A stretch of 64,000 nt of DNA from Podarcis liolepis (taxonomy: Eukaryota), in the NCBI GenBank assembly GCA_965112155.1, contig OZ218106.1. One strand, given 5' to 3'. Of the stretch, positions 1 to 11,097 are shown one piece after another; the stretch's first letter is position 1; each line of letters opens with the position of its first letter. The notes under the pieces were generated by a model that did no database searches, was not told the origin of the DNA, and saw only the letters and a program-made list of their open reading frames with translations. The position numbers and the translations under genes are program-made.

Positions 1-2807
1 TCCCTTGCTATCATGAACTGTCTGAACAAGTTACAGGATCTGTTAAATCTCAGCTTTAAATATAACCAGCAAAATAAAGCAGATAAAGGTAAAATCTACA
101 TTTTTAAAATATACGTATACTGCTTTTTCAACCAAGCTATTGATTACAGTATAATGACAAGCCAGTCTAATTATATGCACTAAGAGTCCACCCAGACATG
201 ACGTTCCCCTATCACTAATAGAACAGGGTTTTGATGGCTTTCAACAAAAATAAAATATGAAATCAAGGAAGCGGTTGGCACAAAAATATATCAATCTCAT
301 ACAGATCATGGAGTTTACTTGTCATATTGCAAAACTCACTGGGCTCTAGTCCAAATACAGACTTTGGGCCCCCCTAATATTCACTTCAAAAGAAAAGATG
401 ACTGTTACAAGGTCCCTGAATTCTTGTTTGGCTCAGATTAAAATTTGAGCTGTGCAAGAACGTGTTTGTAACCACTCAGCTCTCAAACTCCCTGTCATGG
501 GTTGGCCAGCGCAGGACCATGCAGATGGATAGCTTGTTGGAGAGTAATGGGGAGGGCTCCAGTGGGATAGGGTGGGGGTTCTTCCAGACACAGGGGGGCC
601 TGATAGTAAGGATTCTAAGCAGGGGTCAAGTGGGGTGCAGCCTTTCCCTCAGCCTTTTCTCTCACCTCACCTGAACCCACAGCAGGTGCTGTGAGCCCCA
701 CCTCCCTCTTCTTCACAGCTGCTGGAGCCTATCTCTGACTACTTCACAGTGCCTCTTGTGCCACCCATACTAGAGTTATCAGATGCTGGGTCTAACCTTG
801 CTTCTGCAGAGGGGACAGAGACACCCCTTCCATTACCCCAGTCCTGGAGAAACCACAGGAGATGTGAGAATATGCAGCCGATCCCACTTTCAAGGCGGAG
901 TGCCAGGTTGCTAGCTAAGGTGTAGATGCACTAAGCTGAGCCCAATCCATTCCTTTATATAGCATAGCAAGGAACATGTCAAGTGTCAGACTAACGTCTA
1001 TGCTTTGATTAGATAGATCACCTGCCTTTGTATAACTGTGCCTTGGATTAACTATGTGCATGGCCTGCTGCACCTAAGACCAGACCAGCACTTTGCATAT
1101 GTATTGCACCAACCTAAAACATTTGCAAGAAAAGCTTTGCAGCGAAAATGTTATTTGAGTTATTGTTCTTCAGCAACTGGGAATAAGGACACTCCCTTTT
1201 TCTTCCCAAACCCCAGTCTAGGCATAGACCTGGCATGGACTACTGCAGCATTAGTGCCTTAGCCAGGGGAAGAAAGAAGCATGGCTTCTGGTTTTATCTT
1301 GTTTCTCTTGACTCTGGTGCGCTAGTAATATGCCAGTGAGAAGGACCTCGGTTGCTCTTGGGAAATGTTTTTACAGGGGCAACTGCTCAGGTTTGGATAT
1401 GTGCTAGTTCATAATGGTCACTCCATTGAAGAGGTAAGCATTACCAGACCCCAGAGAAGAGTTCCTGGCTTGGGAGTAACAGTGCAACTATGCACAGAAA
1501 GAAGATTTGATTTCCCTATCATGCTAGTACCACAGCATGCTTGTACCACAGCTACTACCACGGTGACTTTGGGGGTTGAAAATTAAATGCAATGATTTCA
1601 GTTTAAAAATAAAATACCTCCACTTGCTATCCAAGTGAATTCAATGGGGGCCAAGGCCAAAACTAGAATTCATAATTGGAAATAAATCTCATGCTAGCAT
1701 CCTGCAATTCTCTGATGATGATGATGATTAAAAAAATAAACCTTATCAGTTTGCATTTCTTGGTACAGAAAGTATTGATCTGATATTTCCTATTATAATT
1801 GATTCAAGAGGGTTCTGGAAGCTTCTCTGTGTGATATAAGCTGGTGCAAGCTGGAAGTTTCTAGCTGACAAGCAAGTTTATATTCTGCCTAGAAACAAGC
1901 AGAAGGTTCCTGATGTTTGGGTTATTCCTTCAGAGAAACAGCAGGTTTGAACTAGTTCTGTTACCTCTTTCACTCAAGGTCATTGTGACCTATAAAACAG
2001 GCCATAAGGACCCTGAGTTTCACTTTTTACCTCTCTTTCCTTCTGGTGTGGTGTTCTGTATGTAGTATGCTTAGTGTTAATGTTTTAGTCTTTCATAAAT
2101 TATTGGAAATTAAGTCTGCTGCAACTGGATTTCTTATGGACAGTGCCAATCCTAATGTACATTGTAAAGCTCTGCTGGATGAAATATTAATTGCCTCTGG
2201 TCTGGGTTTTTTTGTTTTTTGTTTTGGAGAAACCTGCAATGTGTTTATTTTATTCTGCTGACTATACATTGGAATCTGCTCTGGCTCAATATGAGCAGAA
2301 TTCATGACAACCCTTACAAGTCCTACTGTTGGGGGGGCGGCGGAGAAAATCTTCTTAAGTAGAGATGTTACATTTTGTTTTAGCTAGCACGGAATAGAGG
2401 AACCTCATATATTCAGCTTGGCAAACACAGAAATAGCTTCTGTCACTTACTTGATAGACATGACTGAAGGACAGCTGAAATAAGCAGGCAGAGTCATTCT
2501 ATACTAGCATGGAATGAAAGCCTTCTTGTAGTTTCAGTTTGCCATTCCAATGCATTACTACTTTGTCATAGCAAATGTTTTCCTTATCAAGACACAAAAA
2601 CATGCTGTAAAAAGACAACACAAACAATCACATTTGCATTTTTACAAACCCGCTTAATTGAGTTGCACTGATAATAAGAAATTTAAAGGCAAATTTCCCA
2701 GAGGAACTTAAAGGATAATATTAATATTATATTAAAATATATTCTTTTGTGTCCTTTCTAAGGGTACAGTTCTAAACACAGGTACTTTTAAGTCAGAAGG
2801 TTCCAGG

Positions 2808-3109
2808 TCATAGAATCATAGACTTGTAGAACTGGAAGGGACCTTAAGGGTCATCTAGTCCAATCTCTTGCAATGCAGGAATCTCAACTAAAGCATCCGT
2901 GACGGATGGCCATCCAAACTCTGCTTAAAAGCCTCCAATGAAGGAGAGTCCACAACCTCCCGAGGGAGACCATTCCACTGTCGAACAGCTCTTACTGTCA
3001 GAAAGTTCCTCCTAAAGTTAGGCAGAATCTCTTTCTTGTAATTTATATCCATTGGTTCAAGTCCTACTCTCCAGAGCAAGGGAAAACAAGCTTGCTCCAT
3101 ACTCCATGT
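2808..3109 (-). mobile_element. CR1 LINE 3' fragment
   Basis: Minus-strand translation RRNFLTVRAVRQWNGLPREVVDSPSLEAFKQSLDGH is the CR1 ORF2 C-terminus. The TCATAGAATCATAG tail repeat is at the left end. Confidence 0.85.
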
Positions 3110-3122
3110 CAGTCCTTAAGAT

Positions 3123-3608
3123 ATTGACATTGTGTACTTAGACTTTCAAAAGGCTTTTCATAAAGTTCCTCATGAAAGACTTAAGCTTAGTAAGACTCAA
3201 GAAAGGAACTTGGAAGTCATGGAAAAAGAAAAGGAAGTAGAGAGTAGAAATAAATGGACAGTTCTCCCAGTGGAAGGTTGGAGAAAGTGAAGTCCCCCCA
3301 AGGATTTGTATTCGGACCTGTGTTTTTAAACTTGTTCATAAATTAGTGATCCCTATATGATCCAATGATCCCTACATTCTGAACAAAATGCTTGTTTAAC
3401 CTGGAGGTAGGCTGTATGAATTCTGTATTGCTTTGTAACGATTTGTTGGGTCTCTGGACCGTAGTAAAGATTGATGAGTTAGGGGTGAGCAGTGAGGTAG
3501 CCAAATTTGTTGATGGTGCCAAATTGCTCAGAGTGGTTAAGACAATATGTGACTGTGAAGAGCCTCAAAAGGAGCTGTCCAAACTAAGTGAATGGGCAGT
3601 AAAATGGC

Positions 3609-3610
<2 letters not shown>
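3123..3610 (+). mobile_element. Degenerate CR1 LINE RT-region fragment
   Basis: Translates to DIVYLDFQKAFHKVPHERL and ELGVSSEVAKFVDGAKL..DCEEPQKELSKLSEWAVKWQ (CR1 RT motifs), interrupted by indels. Confidence 0.75.

Positions 3611-3643
<33 letters not shown>
3610..3643. repeat. (CA)n microsatellite
   Basis: Uninterrupted CA run. Confidence 0.95.
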
Positions 3644-3650
<7 letters not shown>

Positions 3651-4100
3651 CACACGTACGCATAATACCCAGTGTATGGCATCAGTGAAAAAGGCATGTT
3701 CCAGCTAGGATAACTGGAAAGGAATATAAACTAATAATGGTATTATGCATGATTAGCTTTTCAGCATGGTATGATGCATGACTAGCTGTGGCAGAATGTA
3801 GATGCACATTCATATGGGCAAGAAAACAACATCCCATGCTTACAAATGCAGCAAGTGGCTCAAGAATGGAAGCCTGCTTCAGCACATAGATCTCTTTATC
3901 AACACCAGAGGAAGGAGGTTAGAGGCATTTCTACCTCTGCTTTGATTTTCACTGTGACTTTGCTTGAGTTTCTTGACATCTTTGGTCGAGAAACTTACAA
4001 AAGCATTTTCCTCTGGGGGAAAAAATCAGTTAATAATAGTCTTCTTTACAAATGATTCAAAGTACACCTACACAGTTTGAAAAAAATGAAAACTCTTTGT

Positions 4101-4248
4101 CAGATGCTTCTGAATACCTGTTTCTGGAAACCGCTTGAGTCCTGCATGCTGGTTTCCCAAAAGCATCTGGGTGGCCACTGTGAGAACAGGATGCTGAATT
4201 AGACAGGCCACTGGCCTGATCCAGGAAGCACTTCTTATATGCTTATGC
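4101..4248 (+). mobile_element. CR1 3'-UTR fragment
   Basis: GGCCACTGTGAGAACAGGATGCTG..GGCCTGATCCAG..CTTATATGCTTATG resembles the CR1 tails at about 35520-35680 and 38580-38728. Confidence 0.65.
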
Positions 4249-4324
4249 TTTCTCCTGCATGAGCCTGCCTGCCTACTGTGGCCATCACCTGATGACTTAC
4301 TTCATGCCCAGTCCAATCTATTCC

Positions 4325-4770
4325 AAATAACTTTATTGCACTAGCTGTTGGACATGACAAATCTGAATCAAAAATAAATACAAGCAAAAGGGATGCTGCG
4401 CCACAAATAATAGTCTCTATTCAGATCTCTGCATCTCCCTTACAGTTCACTGCTGTATTGCCCAGGGTCTTCTTTCTGATCTTTTTGGCTGCCAAAGCAA
4501 AAAGGGCGACTTTTTAAGAGTCACTAGAATGTTTACATTGCTAAGAAGCCATAGTACCTTCTCTAACAGCAAGAGACATCTTTCCTGTATGGACAGCAGG
4601 GTGAGAAATTGCGTCTTAGGTCCAATGTGTAGTGGGCAATATAGTAAATGGTGCAAGATGTCTTCCACTGGTGGTTGCCCACATATACAGAGTCTGTCTT
4701 CATACAGTACTCTGCTGTATCATCCATAGCTTGAAAACGCAGGTCAGTAAAAGCAAATCTTAGTGAGGAT
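4325..4770 (-). mobile_element. Non-LTR retrotransposon 3' fragment with C-terminal CCHC finger (RTE-X-like)
   Basis: Minus strand gives LRFAFTDLRFQAM..RLCICGQPPVEDILHHLLYCPLH, followed by an AATAAA-type tail. The clade assignment is tentative. Confidence 0.55.
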
Positions 4771-4989
4771 GGCCTACTCCATGTCTTGTTGCCATCTGAG
4801 ACTCAGTTGGCTCAGATATGGAATGTTGACTTCTTGTCATGGAACTCTTGTTGAGAGACCTGATTGGCTCCTGTGGCTTTCAATGGAGCCACAATACATT
4901 TTGCCAAGTATTTAGCTTGATGTCACTTTATCTTTGATGTGTGGCTAGGTTTTTATCTGCTTTTGTTTTCAACTCTCTCTGCTATGTAT

Positions 4990-5138
4990 TGTTGTAATTT
5001 TAAGGCAGCCCTGTTTAGGGAAGTTTTTAATATTTAATGCTGTATTGTTTTTAACACTCGATTAGAAGCCACCCAGAGTGGCTGGGGAAACTCAGCCAGA
5101 ATGGGTGGGGTATAAATAAATTGTTGTTGTTGTTGTTG
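4990..5138 (+). mobile_element. L2-type LINE 3' tail
   Basis: AAGCCACCCAGAGTGGCTGGGG..GGGGTATAAATAAAT followed by (TTG)n. The same tail occurs inverted at about 61503-61573. Confidence 0.6.
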
Positions 5139-6297
5139 TAATTATATCTGCTATGATTGTAAGCTGCCTTGAAATGTCTTTATGGGCTGAAAGGTGTGGT
5201 ACAAATGTTTTTACGTAAATAAATAAATGCACACATAAATATATATTATTTCTGTGCTGGTTGGTACATTCTTGCTGAATGGTCTTTGGTATCCGAAGGC
5301 TGTATTTGTATTGTTTTGTTCAAATGCAACAGCTACAAACATGAATATATGTAGTGTCCCTTAATTAATTATTTTAATATCACTCTTCCTTACTAACTTA
5401 AAACAGCACATTTATTTATTTGCTGTATCTAATAACTAATGTCCAGCTAATGTCCATTACTTTGTAAAGCTGATGTGTCTCTTCTTACAGTAAACTTGAT
5501 ATTCTGGCTTTATTTTTAAGCCAAGACTGACAAGACTTTTGTGATGACGGTGACAATTTAAAATGGCCACTGAACTTAGCGGTTTCTCATTTCAGTGACA
5601 GTGAAACCCAATACTTTAAGATTAAAGGCGGCACTTAGTAAGTCAGGCACACTGGCACTACAATAATCTCAGACAAACCCACACAGGCAGGCCATCCATT
5701 TAAGCATAAGACTCTCTACCAAAGCCAACCCAAGCCAGGCATATTGCTTTCAAAGTTTTGTACAAGTATTCCCCTCCCATATCTATCATAATAAATATAT
5801 CATTTGAAGAGGAGCTTAGTGACAGCTGCAGAAGTGAGTTAAAAAAAAAGAAAAAATAAACATCAGTGGCATTCATACATTCATTAATCCTCTTGTTGCA
5901 TAACAGCCACGAACCAAGTTGCACATTTGTTTGCAAGGAACAAATAACTAAGACAGACAGGAGTATGTCAAAGCCTTAAAAACAAAATTGAGTGACTTTT
6001 TGTTATAGTCCTCATTCAGAAAAGGTGGGGGAACTATTTGGGATTGGTACTACATCAGTAAATAAAAATCAAACAATTCAACCTTTTCTGTGATAAATAA
6101 AGCCAATAACTATGCAACAGCCAGATGAGAGGAAGAATTCCCGCTGCCCCGCTTGATGTAAAAGAGAAGTCTGCAATAGCAGAATAGTATTTCATGTTTT
6201 GTTTATAATTCGAATACATGAAGTGATTCAGACTCTGTCAAAAAACCATCTATGGTCTGGCTCTTCTTTTTCAAACCACCTTATTCTTAATGCCATC

Positions 6298-7054
6298 TGT
6301 CAGGGCTGCCGCCCAGTCCCAGCTCACATAGGACCAAGTCAGCCAGCGTTCAGTTTCAAAGAGTCTTTATTGGATTACAGGTTCCATTTCCAAACTGCAA
6401 CGTGCAGCCCTACTTCTTCTAGGTCAGAACGACGAAGACCCGTCTGAGTCTCCGCCTCTAGCGCACCAGCTTAATACCCTAGCCTTGCTCCACCTCCTGC
6501 GCCTTTCCTTCCGTCTCTGGGTCCTCCTGCCCCCCTGGGTCTCTCCTTTCCTACTCTCTTCTGGCGCGGACCCCCCTGACCCTTCCGCCTCCTTGCGGCG
6601 GGCTTTGGGACTCGGTTCACTCTCTGGGCTGCTGGCTGCGCCAGCTTCCGTTACATTTGAACTTGGCGCGCGCGCCCAACTCTCCACTTTCCTCTTGATC
6701 GTTTCCTCGCTCCCCGAGGTGGGCGTGACTACTCCTGACTCATGCCCTCCCTCCTTCTGAAAGTCTCCGGAGCCCGATATCTGGTCCCCTTTCTCCCCGC
6801 TGCTCCCGGCTGGGAACGTGGGTCCCGATCTCCAACTGCTGCTTTCTGATCCCTCTCTGGACCCTTTTTCCTGGGGTGTCCCCCTGCTCTCCCCCCTTGC
6901 TCTGGCTGCTGGCGCTCCCTTCTGGGAATCCTCGGACTCGCTAGACAGGCTCGGTGATCTCGGGTCGTCATCCCCACTCATCCTTCCTTTGTATTCCTCC
7001 CCCTCGCTCTCTGTCTCCTCCCTTCTCTGCGTCTCTGCTCCTGAACCCCTGACA
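6298..7054 (-). repeat. Complete 3' LTR (757 bp)
   Basis: TG...CA ends, preceded by the PPT. TATA-like TATTAA at 6471-6476 and AATAAA at 6366-6371 on the minus strand. 6744-7054 is identical to 11506-11816. Confidence 0.93.
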
Positions 7055-10000
7055 TCCATCCCCCCCTCGAAGCCCCCCCTTCCCCCCTCCCCGCTTTCAA
7101 GGGTGGTTGGTGGGTGCTCCGTCATCACGGGAGTGAATGTCGGATACAGTTCGCTCCCCGTTGCTGGCCGCCAACTGAAGACCTCCGAGTCTTCCTCCCC
7201 GCGTTCGTCAACGGTGGTCTCCTCCGCCTCCATCTCGGTGCCGCCGTGCTCGAAACCAAGGTCCTCCCCGCAAACGTCCATGTCCGTCTCTGCGTCTGTC
7301 GCTGGACCTGGTGTCTCCTGCCACTTCCGGCGCCACTGCTCCTCTGGCCGATCGTCCCACCAATACGAGTTGTCGGACGCCGAACCCTCCGGTGACCCCT
7401 CTGGGGAACGTGTGCGCGGTGCGGGTTCCCCTTCCGAGTCGAAGCCATGGAACGTGCTGGAGGAAAGCGTGGGCGTGAACAACCAGTCGTCGAAGAAGCC
7501 CGCTGGCATAGGTCTGTGTGGGAAAAGGGCATGAAACTCATCCTTGAGCAGGGGTTCCTCCAAGGCGTAGTCCGGCACCCAGCTATTAGTACTGGCCCGG
7601 GTGCCCTCCCTTGCTAGTAGATATTCGACTCCGTCTTCCCCCCATCTGGAGTCCAAAATCTCCGTGACTTCGTTGATGGGGTCCTGCTGTGGCAATCTTC
7701 CCACCTCCGTCCGCTCCGGAGACTGACTCGGTGCCGTTCCTGGTTCCTGGAACCTGTGCGGTGCCCTGTAGGGAGTGAGCACCGACCTGTGGAACACCGG
7801 ATGCATCCTGGAACCCTCTGGTAGCACCAGCCGGAAAGCCACCGGGTTGATCTGCGCTTCGACTCTGTATGGACCGAGTTGCTTGTGCCCTAGCTTCCTC
7901 TTGGCTAACGATCGGGTCGGCACCGCGTGGGCTGCCAACCAGACCCAGTCTCCCACTCGGATCTCCTCGCCAACTCGCCTGTGCTTGTCAGCTTGGACCT
8001 TGTATGCGTGCTTCGCCAGCTCCAGCTGCCGTCTGAGTTGATCGTGGACCTCTTGCAACTCAGATGCGAAAGCGTCCGCCGTCTGTGGTTCCCCTTCCCC
8101 CACTCTGTCCAGTCCCGGGAAGGTTCTGGGATTCCTCCCATTGTTGGCGAAGAACGGCGTCACCCCTGTGGATACGTGTTTCGTGTTGTTGTAGGCGAAT
8201 TCGGCGAGCGGCAGGTAATCCACCCACGTCGCCGGCTGTTGATTGGCATAGCATCTCAGGTACTGCTGCATGATGGCATTGACCCTCTCCGCTTGCCCGT
8301 TGGTCTGCGGGTGCCTTGCCGATGTCAGGTTGATCTTGACGTTCAGGAAGCCCATCAGCTTTTGCCAGAAATTCGAGATGAACTGGCGTCCGCGGTCGGA
8401 CAGTATAGACCGTGGCAGCCCGTGCACTTTGAACACGTGATCTATGAACAACTTGGCTGTTTGTTCTGCCGTGGCCACCTTCGCACACGGTATGAAATGT
8501 GCCATCTTGGTGAACAAGTCCACCACCACTAGTACAGCTGTCTTGCCTCTCGAGCTGGGTAGATCCGTGACAAAGTCCAGGGCCACCCTCTCCCATGGTT
8601 CAAACGGCGTTTGCAGCGGTTCCAGCAGTCCCGCCGGTGGTTTGTGCACCGGCTTGGCCCTCTGGCAGGTGTCGCACCTCGCGACGTAGTCCGCGACTTC
8701 CCCCCTCAGTCTGGGCCACCAAAAGTCTCTTGCGACCAATTCCACCGTTTTTTCTGTGCCAAAGTGCCCGGCCGTGGGTGCGTCGTGCAGCTGCTGCAGT
8801 ACCCGGGCGCGAAGTTCGTCTCCCGGCACGTAGACGGCCCCTTTACGTAAGAGCAAGCCGTCTCGTATCTGGAACTCGTCGCCCTTCGCCGTGCCCCTGT
8901 GCACCTCTGCCATCTTCGCCTGCGCGAATGAGTCGTCCGTCAACGCCCTTCGCACCGCATCCAGGTCTACTGTGGCTGAAGCGCACGCCCACGCTGTTGG
9001 CGCGAAGATGTGCATGGCCGCCGCTGGCGTCGCCTCTTCGAGGTACTGCGGTTTTCGGGACAGGGCATCCGCCATGATGTTGGTGTCGCCCGGGACGTAC
9101 TCAATTCGGAAATTGAAGTCAGCAAAGAACTCCGCCCAACGGATCTGCCTCTGGTTCAGGAACCGAGCCGTGCGCCAGTGCTCCAGATTCTTGTGGTCCG
9201 TGCAGACCTGCACCGTGTGCTTGGCGCCGATCAGGAAGTGCCTCCACGCCTTGAAAGCTGCATGAATGGCAAGCAGCTCCCTATCCCAGATGGTGTAGTT
9301 CTGCTCCGACTTGCTGAGCTTTCTGGAGTAGAACGCCCCCGGCCTCCAGACCCCCTGCGGGTCCTTCTGCAGCAGTACCGCTCCCACTGCTCTATCGGAC
9401 GCGTCTGTCTCCACCCTCAGCGGTCTGCTGGGGTCGATATGCAGCAGTTGCTCTTCCGACGCGAAGAGACGCTTGAGTGTCTGAAAGGACCGCTCCGCCT
9501 GCTCCGTCCAGATGAATTTCTTTTTCTTGGAGCTTAGCGTGTCCGTAATAGCTGCCGTCTGCATCGCGAACCCCTTGATGAACTTGCGATAGAAATTGGC
9601 GAATCCGACAAACCTCTGGACCTCTTTCCGGTTGCGCGGGCTCTTCCAATCCAACACCGCACGAACCTTGGCGCTGTCCATGGCTAGCCCCTTGTCCGAC
9701 AGCTTGTAACCCAAGAAATCCACCTCCGTCGTGTCGAACTGGCACTTCTCCAGTTTGGCGTACAGTCTATGCTGCTGCAGCCTCTTCAGCACCTCCCGAA
9801 CGTCCTGGTCGTGTGCTTGCTGCGAGTCAGAGAATATCAGGATGTCATCCAGAAAGCAGACGCACTTCTTGTAGAGGAGCCCCGCCAACACGTGATGCAT
9901 AAAAGCTTGAAAAACGTGGGAGCCATTTTGCAATCCAAAAGGCATAACTCTATATTCGTAGGTGCCCAGAGGCGTGAACATGGCTGTCTTCCACTCATCG

Positions 10001-11097
10001 CCCTCCCTCATACGGATGAGATTGTACGCTCCTCGCAGGTCCAACTTGGTGAACACGCGTCCCTTGCGCACCGTCGCCAGCAGGTCGTCAATCCTGGGCA
10101 TAGGGAAATCGGAGGGCTTGGTCATTCTGTTTAAGAGGCGGTAATCCACGACCAATCTTTTTTGGGGCGTGTCCTTTTTCTTCACGAAGAAAACAGGACT
10201 GCCCCCTACTGCGCTGGACTCCCGGATGAAACCGCGCTGCAAATTGTGATCGATGAACTGTTTGAGTTCCTGTAGTTCGTCCTCAGACATGGAATATAGC
10301 TTTCCCTTCGGCAGCGTCGCCCCTGGCAGGAGGTCAATCTTGCAGTCATATTGCCTGTGCGGTGGTAGCTTGTCTGCCTCTTTCTCGCAGAAGACCTCCA
10401 GAAAGTCCGCGTATTTGTGGGGAACTGCTTGCAACGTTCCCAACTGCAGTTGTGAGTCCTCCTCCTCCCCCTCCTGCCTGGGCAGGATGCAGTGTTCTGC
10501 GCAGTAAGAGGAGCCGAAGATCAGCTGTCTCTGGTACCAAGCCAGCGTTGGACTGTGCCTGTCCAGCCAACTCATGCCCAACACAATGGGCGTGTCCGAC
10601 AGTCGGGTGACATTAAAACTGATGACTTCCCTGTGGTTACCAAGTTGCATCACCATTGGTGGCGTCTGCTTCACCACCTGCCCCCCTAGCAACTCTCTGC
10701 CATCCACTGTGACGACTTGCAGGGGCAGAGTGGCAGGCAGCAGCTTTATAGCGTGCTGCTCCACAAAATCCTGTGCTATAAAGTCTGCGTTGCTTCCAGA
10801 ATCCACAGAAAGCGGCACTTCGATGGTGACTCCATTGGGTAGCTGGAGAGACGCTGTGAGTTGCACTACTGGTTTGGGTGGGAGGGGGTCCGTGGGTTGC
10901 AATATCGCTGGGGACTGCTTCACTGATGCGTCTGGCTGGGCCCCAGTGCCTCTGTCTCCAGCCAGACATCGTCGTTTCCCTGCTGGGCTTCGCTGCATTG
11001 TGTGGCCACTTTCACCGTTGCGGAGGCTGCAGTGTGCTTGGAGCTCCTCTGGGGACACTCTTTCGCCAAGTGTTGAGGGCTCTCGCATATGTAACAC
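6424..11097 (-). CDS. pol: Pol polyprotein (protease, RT, RNase H, integrase, GPY/F, chromodomain, long C-terminal tail); probably expressed from about 10980 by -1 frameshift
   Basis: Uninterrupted 1557-codon ORF. Motifs: VDSGS protease (about 10801), KLDLRGAY / MPFGL / FLDD RT (9844-9855), ETDAS..DHKNL..ADALSR RNase H, HHCC and DFVTD..SDRG..GQAER integrase, GPY (7867-7875), chromodomain-like EILDSR..YLL..NSWVP..EFH (about 7510-7675). Confidence 0.95.
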   Translation of the reverse strand: MLHMREPSTLGERVSPEELQAHCSLRNGESGHTMQRSPAGKRRCLAGDRGTGAQPDASVKQSPAILQPTDPLPPKPVVQLTASLQLPNGVTIEVPLSVDSGSNADFIAQDFVEQHAIKLLPATLPLQVVTVDGRELLGGQVVKQTPPMVMQLGNHREVISFNVTRLSDTPIVLGMSWLDRHSPTLAWYQRQLIFGSSYCAEHCILPRQEGEEEDSQLQLGTLQAVPHKYADFLEVFCEKEADKLPPHRQYDCKIDLLPGATLPKGKLYSMSEDELQELKQFIDHNLQRGFIRESSAVGGSPVFFVKKKDTPQKRLVVDYRLLNRMTKPSDFPMPRIDDLLATVRKGRVFTKLDLRGAYNLIRMREGDEWKTAMFTPLGTYEYRVMPFGLQNGSHVFQAFMHHVLAGLLYKKCVCFLDDILIFSDSQQAHDQDVREVLKRLQQHRLYAKLEKCQFDTTEVDFLGYKLSDKGLAMDSAKVRAVLDWKSPRNRKEVQRFVGFANFYRKFIKGFAMQTAAITDTLSSKKKKFIWTEQAERSFQTLKRLFASEEQLLHIDPSRPLRVETDASDRAVGAVLLQKDPQGVWRPGAFYSRKLSKSEQNYTIWDRELLAIHAAFKAWRHFLIGAKHTVQVCTDHKNLEHWRTARFLNQRQIRWAEFFADFNFRIEYVPGDTNIMADALSRKPQYLEEATPAAAMHIFAPTAWACASATVDLDAVRRALTDDSFAQAKMAEVHRGTAKGDEFQIRDGLLLRKGAVYVPGDELRARVLQQLHDAPTAGHFGTEKTVELVARDFWWPRLRGEVADYVARCDTCQRAKPVHKPPAGLLEPLQTPFEPWERVALDFVTDLPSSRGKTAVLVVVDLFTKMAHFIPCAKVATAEQTAKLFIDHVFKVHGLPRSILSDRGRQFISNFWQKLMGFLNVKINLTSARHPQTNGQAERVNAIMQQYLRCYANQQPATWVDYLPLAEFAYNNTKHVSTGVTPFFANNGRNPRTFPGLDRVGEGEPQTADAFASELQEVHDQLRRQLELAKHAYKVQADKHRRVGEEIRVGDWVWLAAHAVPTRSLAKRKLGHKQLGPYRVEAQINPVAFRLVLPEGSRMHPVFHRSVLTPYRAPHRFQEPGTAPSQSPERTEVGRLPQQDPINEVTEILDSRWGEDGVEYLLAREGTRASTNSWVPDYALEEPLLKDEFHALFPHRPMPAGFFDDWLFTPTLSSSTFHGFDSEGEPAPRTRSPEGSPEGSASDNSYWWDDRPEEQWRRKWQETPGPATDAETDMDVCGEDLGFEHGGTEMEAEETTVDERGEEDSEVFSWRPATGSELYPTFTPVMTEHPPTTLESGEGGRGGFEGGMDVRGSGAETQRREETESEGEEYKGRMSGDDDPRSPSLSSESEDSQKGAPAARARGESRGTPQEKGSREGSESSSWRSGPTFPAGSSGEKGDQISGSGDFQKEGGHESGVVTPTSGSEETIKRKVESWARAPSSNVTEAGAASSPESEPSPKARRKEAEGSGGSAPEESRKGETQGGRRTQRRKERRRRWSKARVLSWCARGGDSDGSSSF
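7055..7092 (-). promoter_or_regulatory. Polypurine tract
   Basis: Minus strand GGGGAGGGGGGAAGGGGGGGCTTCGAGGGGGGGATGGA lies directly 5' of the LTR's TGTCAGG. Confidence 0.85.
10920..10980 (-). promoter_or_regulatory. -1 programmed ribosomal frameshift signal (G GGA AAC plus predicted pseudoknot)
   Basis: Heptamer at 10974-10980 is in the gag frame and pol is in the -1 frame. 6-nt spacer. 10-bp stem GTCTGGCTGG/CCAGCCAGAC (10958-10967 with 10930-10939). Loop CACTG (10944-10948) is complementary to downstream CAGTG (10921-10925). Confidence 0.85.

Noticed and set aside
7055-7060. TCCATC beside the inner edge of the 3' LTR resembles the TSD CCATC, which would suggest a separate solo LTR
   Set aside because: It is offset by one base and is part of the PPT and open pol frame. 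The true TSD partner is at 11817-11821.
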